In this document: positions 36,291 to 46,593 of the stretch, piece after piece
Numbering within the stretch: position 1 is the stretch's first letter
Layout: each line of letters starts with the position of its first letter
Assembly: GCA_002840935.1 (NCBI GenBank)
Contig: PHDH01000005.1
Span: 1-52,631, forward strand
DNA: 52,631 bases
Source of the DNA: Bacteroidetes bacterium HGW-Bacteroidetes-21
GTDB lineage: Bacteria; Bacteroidota; Bacteroidia; Bacteroidales; GWA2-32-17
Direction: 5' to 3'
Notes under the pieces: generated by a model
What the model saw: the letters and a program-made list of their open reading frames with translations, nothing else
Told to the model about the DNA's origin: nothing
Database searches by the model: none
Program-made: the position numbers and the translations under genes

Positions 36291-38360
36291 ATGTGGAACA
36301 AACAATCTTTTTTATTTATTGCCTGCATTGTTTTCCTTTTGCAAGCAGGCAGTGCCCAGACGCTTAATCTCCCTACTAGAAATCCTTTAGCACGAAACGG
36401 AACACAAATTGTTTCCTTACTGACCCCACTCTCATTAACCGCCAGAGAAGACACCATATATAGTCAGGTTATTTCGGGAAATGTACCCGATTTCTTACGA
36501 CAAATGATCGCCGTAACGGATACAGAAACCATTAATAGCCAGCAGTATATTATCGAATACTACGTTATTCCAGATTATATGGCATTGGGTTGCGACAGCG
36601 ACTATTTTCTATGTCCAATGACTCCGCTACTGGCACAACGTCTGGCTAATTACCTGGGATGCTCCCTTACAACCCGGAAAATGGTAAACCAAATATGGAA
36701 GCAGGCAACCGTCAAACTAGCGCCTCAACCCATTTCACCCTCAGCCCAAATGACCACCGTTCCCGTTTTTAACGACCATAACATCATGGTGAAGACCTCA
36801 CGCAACGCTCAACTCGCCTTGCATCCCTTGGGCGAATTGGTGGGGGGCGACAAAAAAGATGTCGTTATTTCTAATATTATCTATGGCTATCCCTCTCCTG
36901 GTAGAGTCGTTATTTATGGCTGGCATCAACTCAATGGATCACCCATACAACCTCTATATAACGGGCACGAAGAGACCTATGCCGATTACAGCCATGGTAT
37001 TCGCTTTGTACAAAATGAAGTGCTTGTAAATGGCAGCGCTACCAATATTCAAACGATACTAGCCTCTTCAACTTTAAATGTATTACTGAGCGATGAAGGT
37101 GTGATAGCTATTCCGAACTATCCGGTAACAGCTCCAACTTTGACAAAACCCCAATCTTTTTGCGTATTGGATAGTGACCAGGGAATTCTCCGAGTGAAAG
37201 TTTTACCCAATGCAGACATTAAAGGCTATAATGTTTTACTTAGCCGGGACGGGATTACTTTCGACATGCCCGTTTTTTATAATGGTTCTGACTTTACTAT
37301 TGAAGGACTTATTAATGATACCTTATATTACATGAAACTATCTGCCGAAGGCTTTTTTGGTAATACGTCACCATATTCCGAAGTGCTGGCAGCTACTACA
37401 TTTGAAAATATTACTTATGAAAGTCAATGGATGATTATTAATGCCTTCGACAGAGCCACAACGGGGAATACTTACGATTTTATCCGACAACATGCTTCGG
37501 CTATTTTTCAATGTACAACCATACCATCTCTTTCTTCTGCAACCAACGAAGCTATGTGCGACAGTCTGATCCTACTCTCCGAGTATATGGCCGTAGATTA
37601 TATCCTAGGAGAAGAGAGTTCTCTGAATGAAACTTTTTCAGATGAAGAGCAGCAAATCATTACTGCGTACAACATAACTTATAAACCCCTTTTTGTTTCT
37701 GGATCCGAAATCGCTTGGGATCTGGATCATCTAGGCTCGGCTTCAGACAAAGCATTCTTTAATAATGTCCTACATGCCACTTATGCAGAAGACGCTCCAA
37801 ACAACACGGCGTCAACCTATTATCAGTTCACAACCACCACTTCCACTTTTCAGTTTGATAATGGCACGAATGGCACCTATGATGTACGTTACCCTGACGT
37901 TATTTCACTTTCATCTGCACCTACATCTGAAATGAATACGCTTGGTTATTACACCGGATTCCCGTCGAAGTATGCTGGAGTTTGGAAAAACCATACCCTT
38001 GTTTATCTTGCAATACCTTTCGAAACCATTTACCCTGCATCGGCTCGCTGTAGTTTTATGGAATGGGTAAATGAGGTATTTTTCCTGATGGAGGATGTTG
38101 AGATATCAAATACCGACGATATAAAAGTTTTCCCCAATCCTGCTTCTGACATACTTCATATGTATATTCCCGACACTTACAATGAACCAGGGTTTATGAG
38201 TCTTTTAGATATTTCTGGCAAGAGAATTTTTGGGTATGACAGACAATTACAACCCGGAACAACCACAGATATAATTCTTATGGAATTACCTAAAGGGATA
38301 TATATTCTGAACATTAAAACAGATAAGACTGTTTTCTCTAAGAAAATAGTCTTACTGTAA
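36291..38360 (+). CDS. Secreted protein of unknown function with a T9SS type-A sorting domain
   Basis: ATG 36291 lies 1 nt after the OmpA-family stop. Signal peptide MWNKQSFLFIACIVFLLQAGSAQ. The middle is Fn3-like. C-terminus VFPNPASDILHMYIP...GIYILNIKTDKTVFSKKIVLL. The track start 36201 overlaps the upstream gene and was rejected. Confidence 0.8.
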   Translation: MWNKQSFLFIACIVFLLQAGSAQTLNLPTRNPLARNGTQIVSLLTPLSLTAREDTIYSQVISGNVPDFLRQMIAVTDTETINSQQYIIEYYVIPDYMALGCDSDYFLCPMTPLLAQRLANYLGCSLTTRKMVNQIWKQATVKLAPQPISPSAQMTTVPVFNDHNIMVKTSRNAQLALHPLGELVGGDKKDVVISNIIYGYPSPGRVVIYGWHQLNGSPIQPLYNGHEETYADYSHGIRFVQNEVLVNGSATNIQTILASSTLNVLLSDEGVIAIPNYPVTAPTLTKPQSFCVLDSDQGILRVKVLPNADIKGYNVLLSRDGITFDMPVFYNGSDFTIEGLINDTLYYMKLSAEGFFGNTSPYSEVLAATTFENITYESQWMIINAFDRATTGNTYDFIRQHASAIFQCTTIPSLSSATNEAMCDSLILLSEYMAVDYILGEESSLNETFSDEEQQIITAYNITYKPLFVSGSEIAWDLDHLGSASDKAFFNNVLHATYAEDAPNNTASTYYQFTTTTSTFQFDNGTNGTYDVRYPDVISLSSAPTSEMNTLGYYTGFPSKYAGVWKNHTLVYLAIPFETIYPASARCSFMEWVNEVFFLMEDVEISNTDDIKVFPNPASDILHMYIPDTYNEPGFMSLLDISGKRIFGYDRQLQPGTTTDIILMELPKGIYILNIKTDKTVFSKKIVLL

Positions 38361-38378
38361 AATATGCTATACACACAC

Positions 38379-41300
38379 TTACCTTAGAACTGTCACAGTC
38401 CCAGTAAATTCCTGTTTATTACCCTTAAAATCATGGCATACGACCATCCAGGTGTAAGTATCAACTTTTACTACTTTTCCAGCTTTGTTTTTTCCATCCC
38501 ATCCATATTGCTGTGGATCGGCGGGATTATACTTATCCGTTTCCCAAATAATTTGACCCCAGCGATCGTAGATAGAAAGATGAAATCCTTCTGCTTCAAT
38601 ATTATGTCCTGATACATACCAAACATCATTAATGGCATTAAAATCTGGAGAAAAGGCAGTAGGGGCATACAAAGTAAAATCATCCTTGATGACCAGATTA
38701 GCTTTGGCTGTATCGGTACAATCAAAGTCCGACAATGTCACCAATGTCACTTCGTAGGTTCCCGGTGCTGGATATTGATGGTAAGGATGAATAACGCTGG
38801 AAGAATCATTATCGCCAAAGAACCAGTAATGTTGAACAGCACCTGAACTACGGCTGGTAAACTGTACAAAAGGCTTGAAAATAGTAGCAAATTGCGGATC
38901 CCAAGTAAAGAGTGACTGAGGTCGTGGATTAACCGTAATAAAGTCGAAATTTGTCTCTGTTCTTTTGCAACCTTCTGCAGAAGTTACAGTAAGCGTAATA
39001 TCAAATGTGCCAGACTCATGAAATGTATGAATAGGGTTTTTTGCCAGACTAATATTTGAATTATCTCCAAAATCCCATAAATAGGTTTGTCCAAGATCGG
39101 GGTTTGTTTCTAGAAAATTCACTGTAAATGGCTCACACCCTTCGGTAGTATCAGCTAAAAACATAGCAGGTGGCGCATCCAATACATGTATGGTTACCGA
39201 ACCCGTATCTCTTGTTCCACAGGCATCAATAGCTGTTACGGTATAAACCATTGTTTCTTCGGGGTTTAAATGAACTGGAGGAGAAAAAACCATTCCATCC
39301 TGATTGAACAAAATATAAGGTGGACCAATACCCCCAGTAATTGAAACAGTAAGATTAACAGGGTCCCCGGGGCAAACAGAATCCGTATTCTGAAGTAATG
39401 TTACAATTACGGGTGGAGCGATATGAATAATCGTTGTGTCAATATTACTCGAACAATTATTCGCATCCATAATCATTCCGGTATAAACTGTTTCTATAGT
39501 AGGAGTGACACCTAAAACGGAATTGGACGGATTTCCATTCCAATAATAATGGTATGGGGGTGTTCCACCGATGCCATAAAGCGTCAAAAAGACAGTCTCT
39601 CCCAAACAGATTGTTTTGTCAGGTGAAGTAATCGCAAGGAAAGGCTGCGGTTCATTAATAGTTCCTCCATTGGTCATTGTACAACCATTGGCATCAGTAA
39701 TAGTAACTGTATAAGCTCCCCCTGGGACGTTAAAATTATTGGCACCCATAATACCATTCGACCACAAAAACATATAATTATTACCGCCAAAAGGAGTTCC
39801 TCCTGTTGCAGTCACACTGATGTTTCCGGTGCTTGCGCCATAACAGATGATATCATCATGACTTATAGTACTCAACAATTGAGTGGGCATGTTCACTGTT
39901 TGCGTCGTAATGCCAGACATACAGCCATTTAAACTTACTGACAAAGAAAGATCAAAGGTTCCGGGCGTAGTAAAACCTACAATATGAGGACCATACCCAA
40001 ATCCGGGACTGGGATTTCCTCCACCAAAGCTCCAGTTAAAAGTGGATAAACTGCTTCCTGTTCCTGTATATGTAACTGTAGTTGTTTCTTCAAAACAATT
40101 AATAGGCGTCGTTGTAAAAGTTGATGTTGGGGTTTGTGTCAGTTGAATCAAGGCAGAATCTTTAGAAATACAACCTCCATTATTTTCTGTCCATACAAAG
40201 TAATACTGACCCGTCAGGTTAACAGTCACATCACTTGTCGCACTATTTGGAGCTGAAAACAAAGCCGTACCGGGTCCGTTTGAAGTCCAGGTACCCGTCC
40301 CAACAGAAGGAATAGCATTTAAACTATAATTAAGCAAACACTCAGCATCATCAGGACCTGCATTAGCTGAAGGTTGCTGATGAAAATTCACGATAACCTG
40401 ATCCTGAGAAGAACATCCATTCCCATTATCTTCTGTCCACGTAAAGGTATACTGTCCGTCTGCAGTCACAGTAACCTGTGTCGAAGCCCCATGGCTATTA
40501 GCAAAAGTTGGTCCTGTTGGATTGGATGTCCATGTTCCGGTTCCGACACTTGCAGCGGCATTCAACTGAAACTGATGTGAACAAACACTTCCTCCCTGCC
40601 CTGCATCTGCAACGGGTTGTTGTGTGAAAGTAACGACGACAGTATCACGCACCTGGCAGCCCACTGGCCCGACAGTATAAATAAACTGAAAGGTTCCACC
40701 TGGAGCAGGAACAGTAACTGTTGAAGTAGCCATAGTTGCATTAGAAAAAGTGGCTGTGGCAGGAATAGATGTCCACTGTCCGACCGGAGCATTGGTAGTT
40801 GCACTCAATTGATACATGAGAGAGCAAACACTGTTGTCGGCCCCCGAATTTAAGGTCCAGGTTCCACAGCAAGCTGGATCTGTAGGTCCTAAAACAGTTA
40901 TAGTCTGTGTGGTAGTTGTAGAAGTACATCCATTTTCGGCAAGTGATAAGGTTACATTGTAATCACCAGAAGTTGCCCAAGTAATCTGATAAGGCCCCAT
41001 ACCCGAACCGCTTAAGACGGTAGCTCCGGCGAAATTCCAAGTGGGAGTAGCAGAACCTGCATTAGTCCCAGTGTAAGTTATCGTCGAAGGCGCATTCGGA
41101 CAAATGGGTGACGTTACAGTAAAAGTGGATGTGGGTATGGAATTGACAGTGATACTCACCTGATCGGTAGCTGTCTGACCACAGGCATCCGTAACCGTTA
41201 TTAAATAATTTGTTGTCCCTACACCAGGAGAAACTGAAACAGTTTGTGTTGGTCCTGCACCGTTACTCCAGTTATACGCATATGCGGGTGCTCCCCCATT

Positions 41301-42485
41301 GGGCGTGGCAGTTAAACTAACAGGCTGAGATCCGCTACAAATCACCTGATCTGCTCCGGCATTCACAGACATTGTTGAATTATCTCCTACCCACAAAGTA
41401 TCATAAACAAATCCGGTTCCGCATGGATTGGGTAAAGCAAAAACAACATATTCTGTACCTTCAGTAAGACCATCCAAAATAGGATTAAGATTAATAGAGG
41501 CAGAAGTTGAACCAGCCGGAATTGTAATTGAAGTTGGTATATTGGCAGTAAAATCGGCGTTGGTTGCCGTTCCAGATACGGTATAATTAACAATATAATT
41601 GCTGGCAGGCGGATTCCCAATAGTTGCAGTAAGTATCCCTTGCGAACAGTTTTCAGCCGCGGTTGATCCACTGGTATAACTAACCATCAAATCTATCGCA
41701 TCAGAAGAAAAAGAGTTGGCTTGTAAAAAAACTGCTGAATCAAACACACCATCCCCAGCATCAGCAATCGCAATTTTAATGTGATACTGCTGGCAAGGAA
41801 CAAGATTCGTAGTAGCTGTCAATACCGTTGTAAATCCGTCAAGGACAATGGTCGTCCCCCCAATATTCTGATTGTCTACGTAATAAGCAGGATGCGAGCC
41901 CGAATGAACATTGTCAATTGCCACTGGAATTGTTGTAGATGGAATTAATGCGACATTTGTATTTGTATAATTTCCACCCAACGGATTAGGCCCTGTAATA
42001 AAAAATCCAAATACATCATTATACCCGGCATTTACATATTCGGGATACTCTTCGGAACCAAACACATATTGAAAAGTAACCGTATTATCTAAAGGGAAAA
42101 AATCAAATTCAAGCACTGCAGCATCATAAGTAGATGCCCCAGCTAAACCCGTAAGGGTAGCATCTCCCCCACCCGCCATGTCAGTACTAGCAAAGGCTGT
42201 TACAGCACCATCCAGATTAGTTACATCTCCTGTTGATAGTACAATACCACTCGTAAGTCCCAGATTGGTAGTATTTCCATTGGTAAACTGACCAATCTGA
42301 CCAGCACCGGTCGTTCCTGATTGACCGATAAAAGTTATATTTGATACTGTTATCCCACCACCCAGGAGTACATTTTGAACATATTGTTGGGCAGTCTGAC
42401 CTGTTGTAATTATAAGCTGTGAATAAGACATTTTCCCGATAAATATCAGGATAACTACCAGACCAAAATATTTTGACAAGTTCAT
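38379..42485 (-). CDS. Giant surface protein (1368 aa): choice-of-anchor-L-like N-terminal domain, Ig/PKD modules, one SprB repeat, T9SS type-B sorting domain
   Basis: Signal peptide MNLSKYFGLVVILIFIGKMSYSQ. N-terminus: TAQQYVQNVLLGGGITVSNITFIGQ...GQFTNG...LSTG....EFDF.P....V.F.YVFGSEEYPEYV...NDVFGFFI (choice-of-anchor L pattern). PKD motifs: YLWDFGDNSNI, HYWFFGDNDSS. SprB unit: CYGASTGNISVTATGG. C-terminus: YAPTAFSPDFNAINDVWYV...IYDRWGQIIWE...GWDGKNKAGK..DTYTW...TVTVLR. Confidence 0.9.
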   Translation of the reverse strand: MNLSKYFGLVVILIFIGKMSYSQLIITTGQTAQQYVQNVLLGGGITVSNITFIGQSGTTGAGQIGQFTNGNTTNLGLTSGIVLSTGDVTNLDGAVTAFASTDMAGGGDATLTGLAGASTYDAAVLEFDFFPLDNTVTFQYVFGSEEYPEYVNAGYNDVFGFFITGPNPLGGNYTNTNVALIPSTTIPVAIDNVHSGSHPAYYVDNQNIGGTTIVLDGFTTVLTATTNLVPCQQYHIKIAIADAGDGVFDSAVFLQANSFSSDAIDLMVSYTSGSTAAENCSQGILTATIGNPPASNYIVNYTVSGTATNADFTANIPTSITIPAGSTSASINLNPILDGLTEGTEYVVFALPNPCGTGFVYDTLWVGDNSTMSVNAGADQVICSGSQPVSLTATPNGGAPAYAYNWSNGAGPTQTVSVSPGVGTTNYLITVTDACGQTATDQVSITVNSIPTSTFTVTSPICPNAPSTITYTGTNAGSATPTWNFAGATVLSGSGMGPYQITWATSGDYNVTLSLAENGCTSTTTTQTITVLGPTDPACCGTWTLNSGADNSVCSLMYQLSATTNAPVGQWTSIPATATFSNATMATSTVTVPAPGGTFQFIYTVGPVGCQVRDTVVVTFTQQPVADAGQGGSVCSHQFQLNAAASVGTGTWTSNPTGPTFANSHGASTQVTVTADGQYTFTWTEDNGNGCSSQDQVIVNFHQQPSANAGPDDAECLLNYSLNAIPSVGTGTWTSNGPGTALFSAPNSATSDVTVNLTGQYYFVWTENNGGCISKDSALIQLTQTPTSTFTTTPINCFEETTTVTYTGTGSSLSTFNWSFGGGNPSPGFGYGPHIVGFTTPGTFDLSLSVSLNGCMSGITTQTVNMPTQLLSTISHDDIICYGASTGNISVTATGGTPFGGNNYMFLWSNGIMGANNFNVPGGAYTVTITDANGCTMTNGGTINEPQPFLAITSPDKTICLGETVFLTLYGIGGTPPYHYYWNGNPSNSVLGVTPTIETVYTGMIMDANNCSSNIDTTIIHIAPPVIVTLLQNTDSVCPGDPVNLTVSITGGIGPPYILFNQDGMVFSPPVHLNPEETMVYTVTAIDACGTRDTGSVTIHVLDAPPAMFLADTTEGCEPFTVNFLETNPDLGQTYLWDFGDNSNISLAKNPIHTFHESGTFDITLTVTSAEGCKRTETNFDFITVNPRPQSLFTWDPQFATIFKPFVQFTSRSSGAVQHYWFFGDNDSSSVIHPYHQYPAPGTYEVTLVTLSDFDCTDTAKANLVIKDDFTLYAPTAFSPDFNAINDVWYVSGHNIEAEGFHLSIYDRWGQIIWETDKYNPADPQQYGWDGKNKAGKVVKVDTYTWMVVCHDFKGNKQEFTGTVTVLR

Positions 42486-42668
42486 ACTTTATCAGTTTAA
42501 TTTTAAGACTTGTAAACAGGAAAAAAGTTGCCACACAAGTATAGTAATAATAATTAAATATTCAAAGCATTTCTTTTATTGCTGATTTCATGATTCTTAC
42601 AGCATAATAAATATCATTAAAAAAGTGAAACAAAAAATATTTTCATTCGTAATGATTGGGTACTTTTG

Positions 42669-43277
42669 ATGCTTATGTGTTTCAGAAAATCACTATTCGC
42701 CATTTTAGTCGTTTTTTCATACGTTAATTCGTATAGTCAGGATTTTGATTTTCCAGATTCTGATACCAGTTCTTTATACACAGGCTTTGCTTCATTTTTT
42801 CTCATTCCCACATATATTGTTGAAGGTCCAACCATTTACATGGGAGGCATGGGCGCTGTTCTGATAAACGAAAGATTCATCATCGGAGGATACGGCATGA
42901 GAAAAACAGGTCAGACTTATGTTGTAAAAGGATCATACGATGGAAAAATGTTGGGTATGGGCAATGGAGGAATAATTACAGGGTATAGTCCCTACCCTGG
43001 AAAGCGAGTCAGACCCGTTTTTCAAACATGTATCGGTTGGGGAGGTATTTCTATTGCCTCAAACGACAGTAAAGGCTATGCTATAACCGAAAAATTTAAC
43101 AGAATTATTGTACTTAGCCCCTCTATTTCGGCAGACGTCCGGTTATTCTCCTTTGTTTGGCTTTCATTGGGAGTCAACTATTTATATCTTTCGGGTATTG
43201 ATATTGACGGATATACGCCAAATGACTTTAATAAGTTTGGAGGTTATATCTCGTTGAAAGCCATTACAGGAAATTGA
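42669..43277 (+). CDS. Hypothetical secreted Gly-rich protein (about 200 aa), possibly a beta-barrel
   Basis: Signal peptide (M)LMCFRKSLFAILVVFSYVNSYSQ. The mature part has Gly/aromatic-rich alternating segments. The start is ambiguous (TTG 42666, ATG 42669, ATG 42675), and a TACTTTTG box at 42661-42668 would favour 42675. It is divergent from the 1368-aa gene. Confidence 0.5.
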   Translation: MLMCFRKSLFAILVVFSYVNSYSQDFDFPDSDTSSLYTGFASFFLIPTYIVEGPTIYMGGMGAVLINERFIIGGYGMRKTGQTYVVKGSYDGKMLGMGNGGIITGYSPYPGKRVRPVFQTCIGWGGISIASNDSKGYAITEKFNRIIVLSPSISADVRLFSFVWLSLGVNYLYLSGIDIDGYTPNDFNKFGGYISLKAITGN

Positions 43278-43419
43278 TCAAGATTAAAGACCGGACACTT
43301 TACTCCAAAGTTGCACTATCCCTTTCAAGAATAATTTCAGATGATTTGCAAATGAAAGGCAGACATAAATTTATCTTGATAAGTTATCAACAAAATATGG
43401 CAAAACCTGTAATTGATTT

Positions 43420-43427
43420 TATTTTTG
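43420..43427 (+). promoter_or_regulatory. Putative -7 promoter box (TATTTTTG) for mutS
   Basis: Exact TAnnTTTG match 16 nt upstream of GTG 43443. The track's TTG start (43413) lies upstream of this box. Confidence 0.35.
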
Positions 43428-43442
43428 CATAAAAATAATTGC

Positions 43443-46028
43443 GTGGCAAAGGAAAAAGGAGAAGAATCAACCCCGTTGATGCAACAGTATAACACCATCA
43501 AGACAAAGTTTCCTGATGCCATTCTCCTTTTTAGAGTAGGTGACTTTTACGAAACTTTTGGTTCCGACGCCATTAAAACAGCCGGCATACTTGGCATTAC
43601 TCTTACAAAAAGACATAATGGCTCGGCCTCTGAGTTAGAACTGGCAGGACCAAAACTGGTTCGTGCTGGCGAACGGGTCGCCATTTGTGATCAACTGGAA
43701 GATCCCAAAATGACAAAAAAAATTGTCAAAAGAGGTGTCACCGAGTTGGTTACTCCAGGTGTCACCACCAACGACAATGTATTAAACGTCAAAGAAAACA
43801 ATTACTTATGTTGCATTTATCTACTCGGAAAAATTGCAGCAGCTACTTTTCTTGACATTTCAACCGGAGAATTTTATGTCTCCGAAGGCAGTCTGGAACA
43901 AACCGAAAAGCTCATACAAAACCTGTCACCCAAAGAAATTTTGTACGAAAGATCGCAGCATGAAAAGGTTACAGCTTTATTAGGCAATCGTTTTTATCTT
44001 TATAAACTCGACGAATGGATGTTTTCGCCCGAAAATGCAAAAGACAAAATTCTGAAGCATTTTGGAACGGCCTCTCTTCGAGGATTTGGCATCGATACCA
44101 TGCAAGCCGGAATAATTGCTGCAGGGGCTGTCTTTTATTATCTCGAACAAACCCATCACGACAAACTCAAACATATCGTTTCTGCTTCACGAATTGATCA
44201 TGACAATTACGTATGGCTCGATAAATTTACGATACGAAATCTGGAGCTTTTCGGAACTTTTTCTGAAGGTGGTTCTTCCCTCTGTGGCGTTGTCGACAAC
44301 ACCCATACGCCCATGGGATCGCGTATGCTTAAAAGATGGATTGCCATGCCATTAAAAGACATTTCGGCCATCAACCACCGGTTAAATATTGTTGAGTTTT
44401 TCTTTAGTCAACCCGAAAAAACAAAAGAAATTACCGACCTGCTGAAAGAAGTTGGAGACCTGGAAAGACTGGCTGCAAAAATCGCCACACTGCGCGTCAA
44501 CCCCAGAGAAGTTGTACAGCTCCGACGCTCATTGCAAGCCATTGGAAAAATCAAAGCTTTTTGTTCCCAAAACAACAATGAATCACTGAACGAAATTGCG
44601 GAACAACTGAACGAATGCGTACTGATATGCGAACGTATCCTTCGTGAAATTAATCCCGAACCACCCGTACAGATTGGCAAGGGAGATGTCATTGCCCAAG
44701 GATTTTCACCCGAACTGGACGAAATCCGAGCCATTTCACGTGGAGGCAAAGACTTTCTGGTCTCTATCCAACAGCGTGAAATTGAAAACACTGGCATCAC
44801 TTCACTAAAAATCAATTACAATAACGTTTTTGGCTATTACATAGAAGTCCGGAACACACACAAAGACAAAGTACCCACCGACTGGATAAGAAAACAGACG
44901 CTGGTCAGTGCCGAAAGATATATTACCCCCGAACTGAAAGAATATGAAGAGAAAATTCTTTCAGCCGAGGATAAAATTCTAAGTCTTGAATCGACATTAT
45001 TCGCCAATCTGGTAAGTGGTTTGAGCGAGTATATACCCACGTTTCAAAATAATTCGCTGCACATTGCCCGACTCGATTCTCTGGTAAGTTTTGCCATTAT
45101 CTCGTTAAAAAACAATTATGTCCGGCCACAGATTAACGACGGATACGCCATTGATATTCGCGATGGACGACATCCGGTTATCGAGACGCAACTCCCCGGC
45201 GATGAGAAATATGTGCCCAACGATATTTATCTCGACAATGAGCAACAACAGATAATCATCGTTACGGGTCCCAATATGGCGGGAAAATCAGCTTTACTAA
45301 GGCAAACCGCGTTAATCTGTCTGATGGCTCAAATGGGCTGTTTTGTTCCAGCCTCTTCAGCCCATATAGGTTATGTAGATAAAATATTTACCCGAGTAGG
45401 TGCTTCTGACAATATTTCTCAAGGCGAATCCACTTTTATGGTCGAAATGATCGAAACGGCCAGTATCCTTAATAATTTGTCTTCCCGCAGTCTGGTTTTA
45501 CTGGATGAGATTGGGCGAGGAACAAGCACCTACGACGGCATTTCCATTGCATGGTCTATCACAGAATTTTTGCATGAAAATCCACACAACAAAGCCAAAA
45601 CCCTTTTTGCAACACATTACCACGAGTTGAACGAAATGGCTGGCACATTTCCCCGAATCAAAAATTTTCATGTCACTGTAAAGGAATCCGGAAATCGCGT
45701 CATTTTCCTTCGTAAACTTCAGGCAGGAGGTACTGAGCATAGTTTTGGAATACATGTAGCAGAAATGGCTGGTATGCCCAAAACCATCCTGAAAAGAGCC
45801 AACGAAATACTTTCGCAACTTGAAAAGCCAAACGATAAAAAAAATCCCGTACGACCCGTAAAAGAGATGAAAACTCAAAAAGAAGGATATCAACTTACCA
45901 TGTTCCAGCTCGACGATCCTGTATTAAAGCAAATCCGCGATGAAATTAAAAACTCCGATATCAATAATCTGACCCCTTTGGAAGCTCTGAATAAACTTAA
46001 TGAGATAAAAAGATTATCCGGTTTGTAA
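43443..46028 (+). CDS. mutS: DNA mismatch repair protein MutS (with an apparent internal deletion in domain I)
   Basis: TPLMQQY, mismatch-recognition motif [21 protein letters not shown], Walker [21 protein letters not shown] and [11 protein letters not shown] 43443 is chosen as the start because the first in-frame ATG (43479) would remove the conserved TPLM. See the findings for the missing G-(F/I)-P-x-H....YL segment. Confidence 0.9.
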   Translation: MAKEKGEESTPLMQQYNTIKTKFPDAILLFRVGDFYETFGSDAIKTAGILGITLTKRHNGSASELELAGPKLVRAGERVAICDQLEDPKMTKKIVKRGVTELVTPGVTTNDNVLNVKENNYLCCIYLLGKIAAATFLDISTGEFYVSEGSLEQTEKLIQNLSPKEILYERSQHEKVTALLGNRFYLYKLDEWMFSPENAKDKILKHFGTASLRGFGIDTMQAGIIAAGAVFYYLEQTHHDKLKHIVSASRIDHDNYVWLDKFTIRNLELFGTFSEGGSSLCGVVDNTHTPMGSRMLKRWIAMPLKDISAINHRLNIVEFFFSQPEKTKEITDLLKEVGDLERLAAKIATLRVNPREVVQLRRSLQAIGKIKAFCSQNNNESLNEIAEQLNECVLICERILREINPEPPVQIGKGDVIAQGFSPELDEIRAISRGGKDFLVSIQQREIENTGITSLKINYNNVFGYYIEVRNTHKDKVPTDWIRKQTLVSAERYITPELKEYEEKILSAEDKILSLESTLFANLVSGLSEYIPTFQNNSLHIARLDSLVSFAIISLKNNYVRPQINDGYAIDIRDGRHPVIETQLPGDEKYVPNDIYLDNEQQQIIIVTGPNMAGKSALLRQTALICLMAQMGCFVPASSAHIGYVDKIFTRVGASDNISQGESTFMVEMIETASILNNLSSRSLVLLDEIGRGTSTYDGISIAWSITEFLHENPHNKAKTLFATHYHELNEMAGTFPRIKNFHVTVKESGNRVIFLRKLQAGGTEHSFGIHVAEMAGMPKTILKRANEILSQLEKPNDKKNPVRPVKEMKTQKEGYQLTMFQLDDPVLKQIRDEIKNSDINNLTPLEALNKLNEIKRLSGL

Positions 46029-46079
46029 CTTTAAATTGCAATTCTATTAAAAATCATTTGCTGAAAAGGTTTTTTCCGC

Positions 46080-46087
46080 TATTTTTG
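46080..46087 (+). promoter_or_regulatory. Putative -7 promoter box (TATTTTTG) for gcvH
   Basis: Exact TAnnTTTG match 21 nt upstream of ATG 46108. Confidence 0.35.
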
Positions 46088-46107
46088 GGCTACTAAAAAT
46101 TGATATC

Positions 46108-46485
46108 ATGAATATTCCAGCTAATTTAAAGTACACCAAAGATCACGAATGGATCAGAGTTGAAGGTGATGTTGCTTATGTAGGCATCACAGAATTTGCC
46201 CAGGGCGAATTGGGAGACGTTGTTTTCGTTGAATTTAAGGCCATTGGCGAAACCCTTGACAAAGGGGAAGCTTTCTGCAGTATCGAAGCTGTTAAAACTG
46301 TTTCTGATTCATACATGCCCGTTTCCGGCGAAGTTCTGGAAGCAAATAATTTGATTGAAACAGCACCAGAAACGATCAATAAAGATTCTTACGGAAATGG
46401 CTGGCTGATTAAAATCCGCCTCACCAATCCTTCCGAACTCAATGATCTGATGACACCCGAGCAATATCAGGGCATCGTTCATTAA
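46108..46485 (+). CDS. gcvH: Glycine cleavage system H protein
   Basis: Typical 125-aa length, YTKDHEWIRVEGDVAYVGITEFAQGELGDVVFVE, and lipoyl-lysine context SIEAVKTVSD. Confidence 0.95.
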   Translation: MNIPANLKYTKDHEWIRVEGDVAYVGITEFAQGELGDVVFVEFKAIGETLDKGEAFCSIEAVKTVSDSYMPVSGEVLEANNLIETAPETINKDSYGNGWLIKIRLTNPSELNDLMTPEQYQGIVH

Positions 46486-46521
46486 AAAGCATCATTTTTA
46501 TTATTTATACTTTATACGAAG

Positions 46522-46557
46522 TGATTCGGAGTAAAAATATTTGCTCCGAATCATTTT
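46522..46557 (+). terminator. Rho-independent terminator after gcvH
   Basis: TGATTCGGAG (46522-46531), 12-nt loop, CTCCGAATCA (46544-46553) form a perfect 10-bp stem followed by TTTT. Confidence 0.7.
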
Positions 46558-46593
46558 AATATTGTATTTTTATAGCTTATTAAATATCCCTTC

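Noticed and set aside
46029-46107. Glycine riboswitch upstream of gcvH
   Set aside because: The spacer is only 79 nt, with a -7 box 21 nt from the ATG. That is too short for a glycine riboswitch aptamer, and I see no conserved aptamer-like helices.
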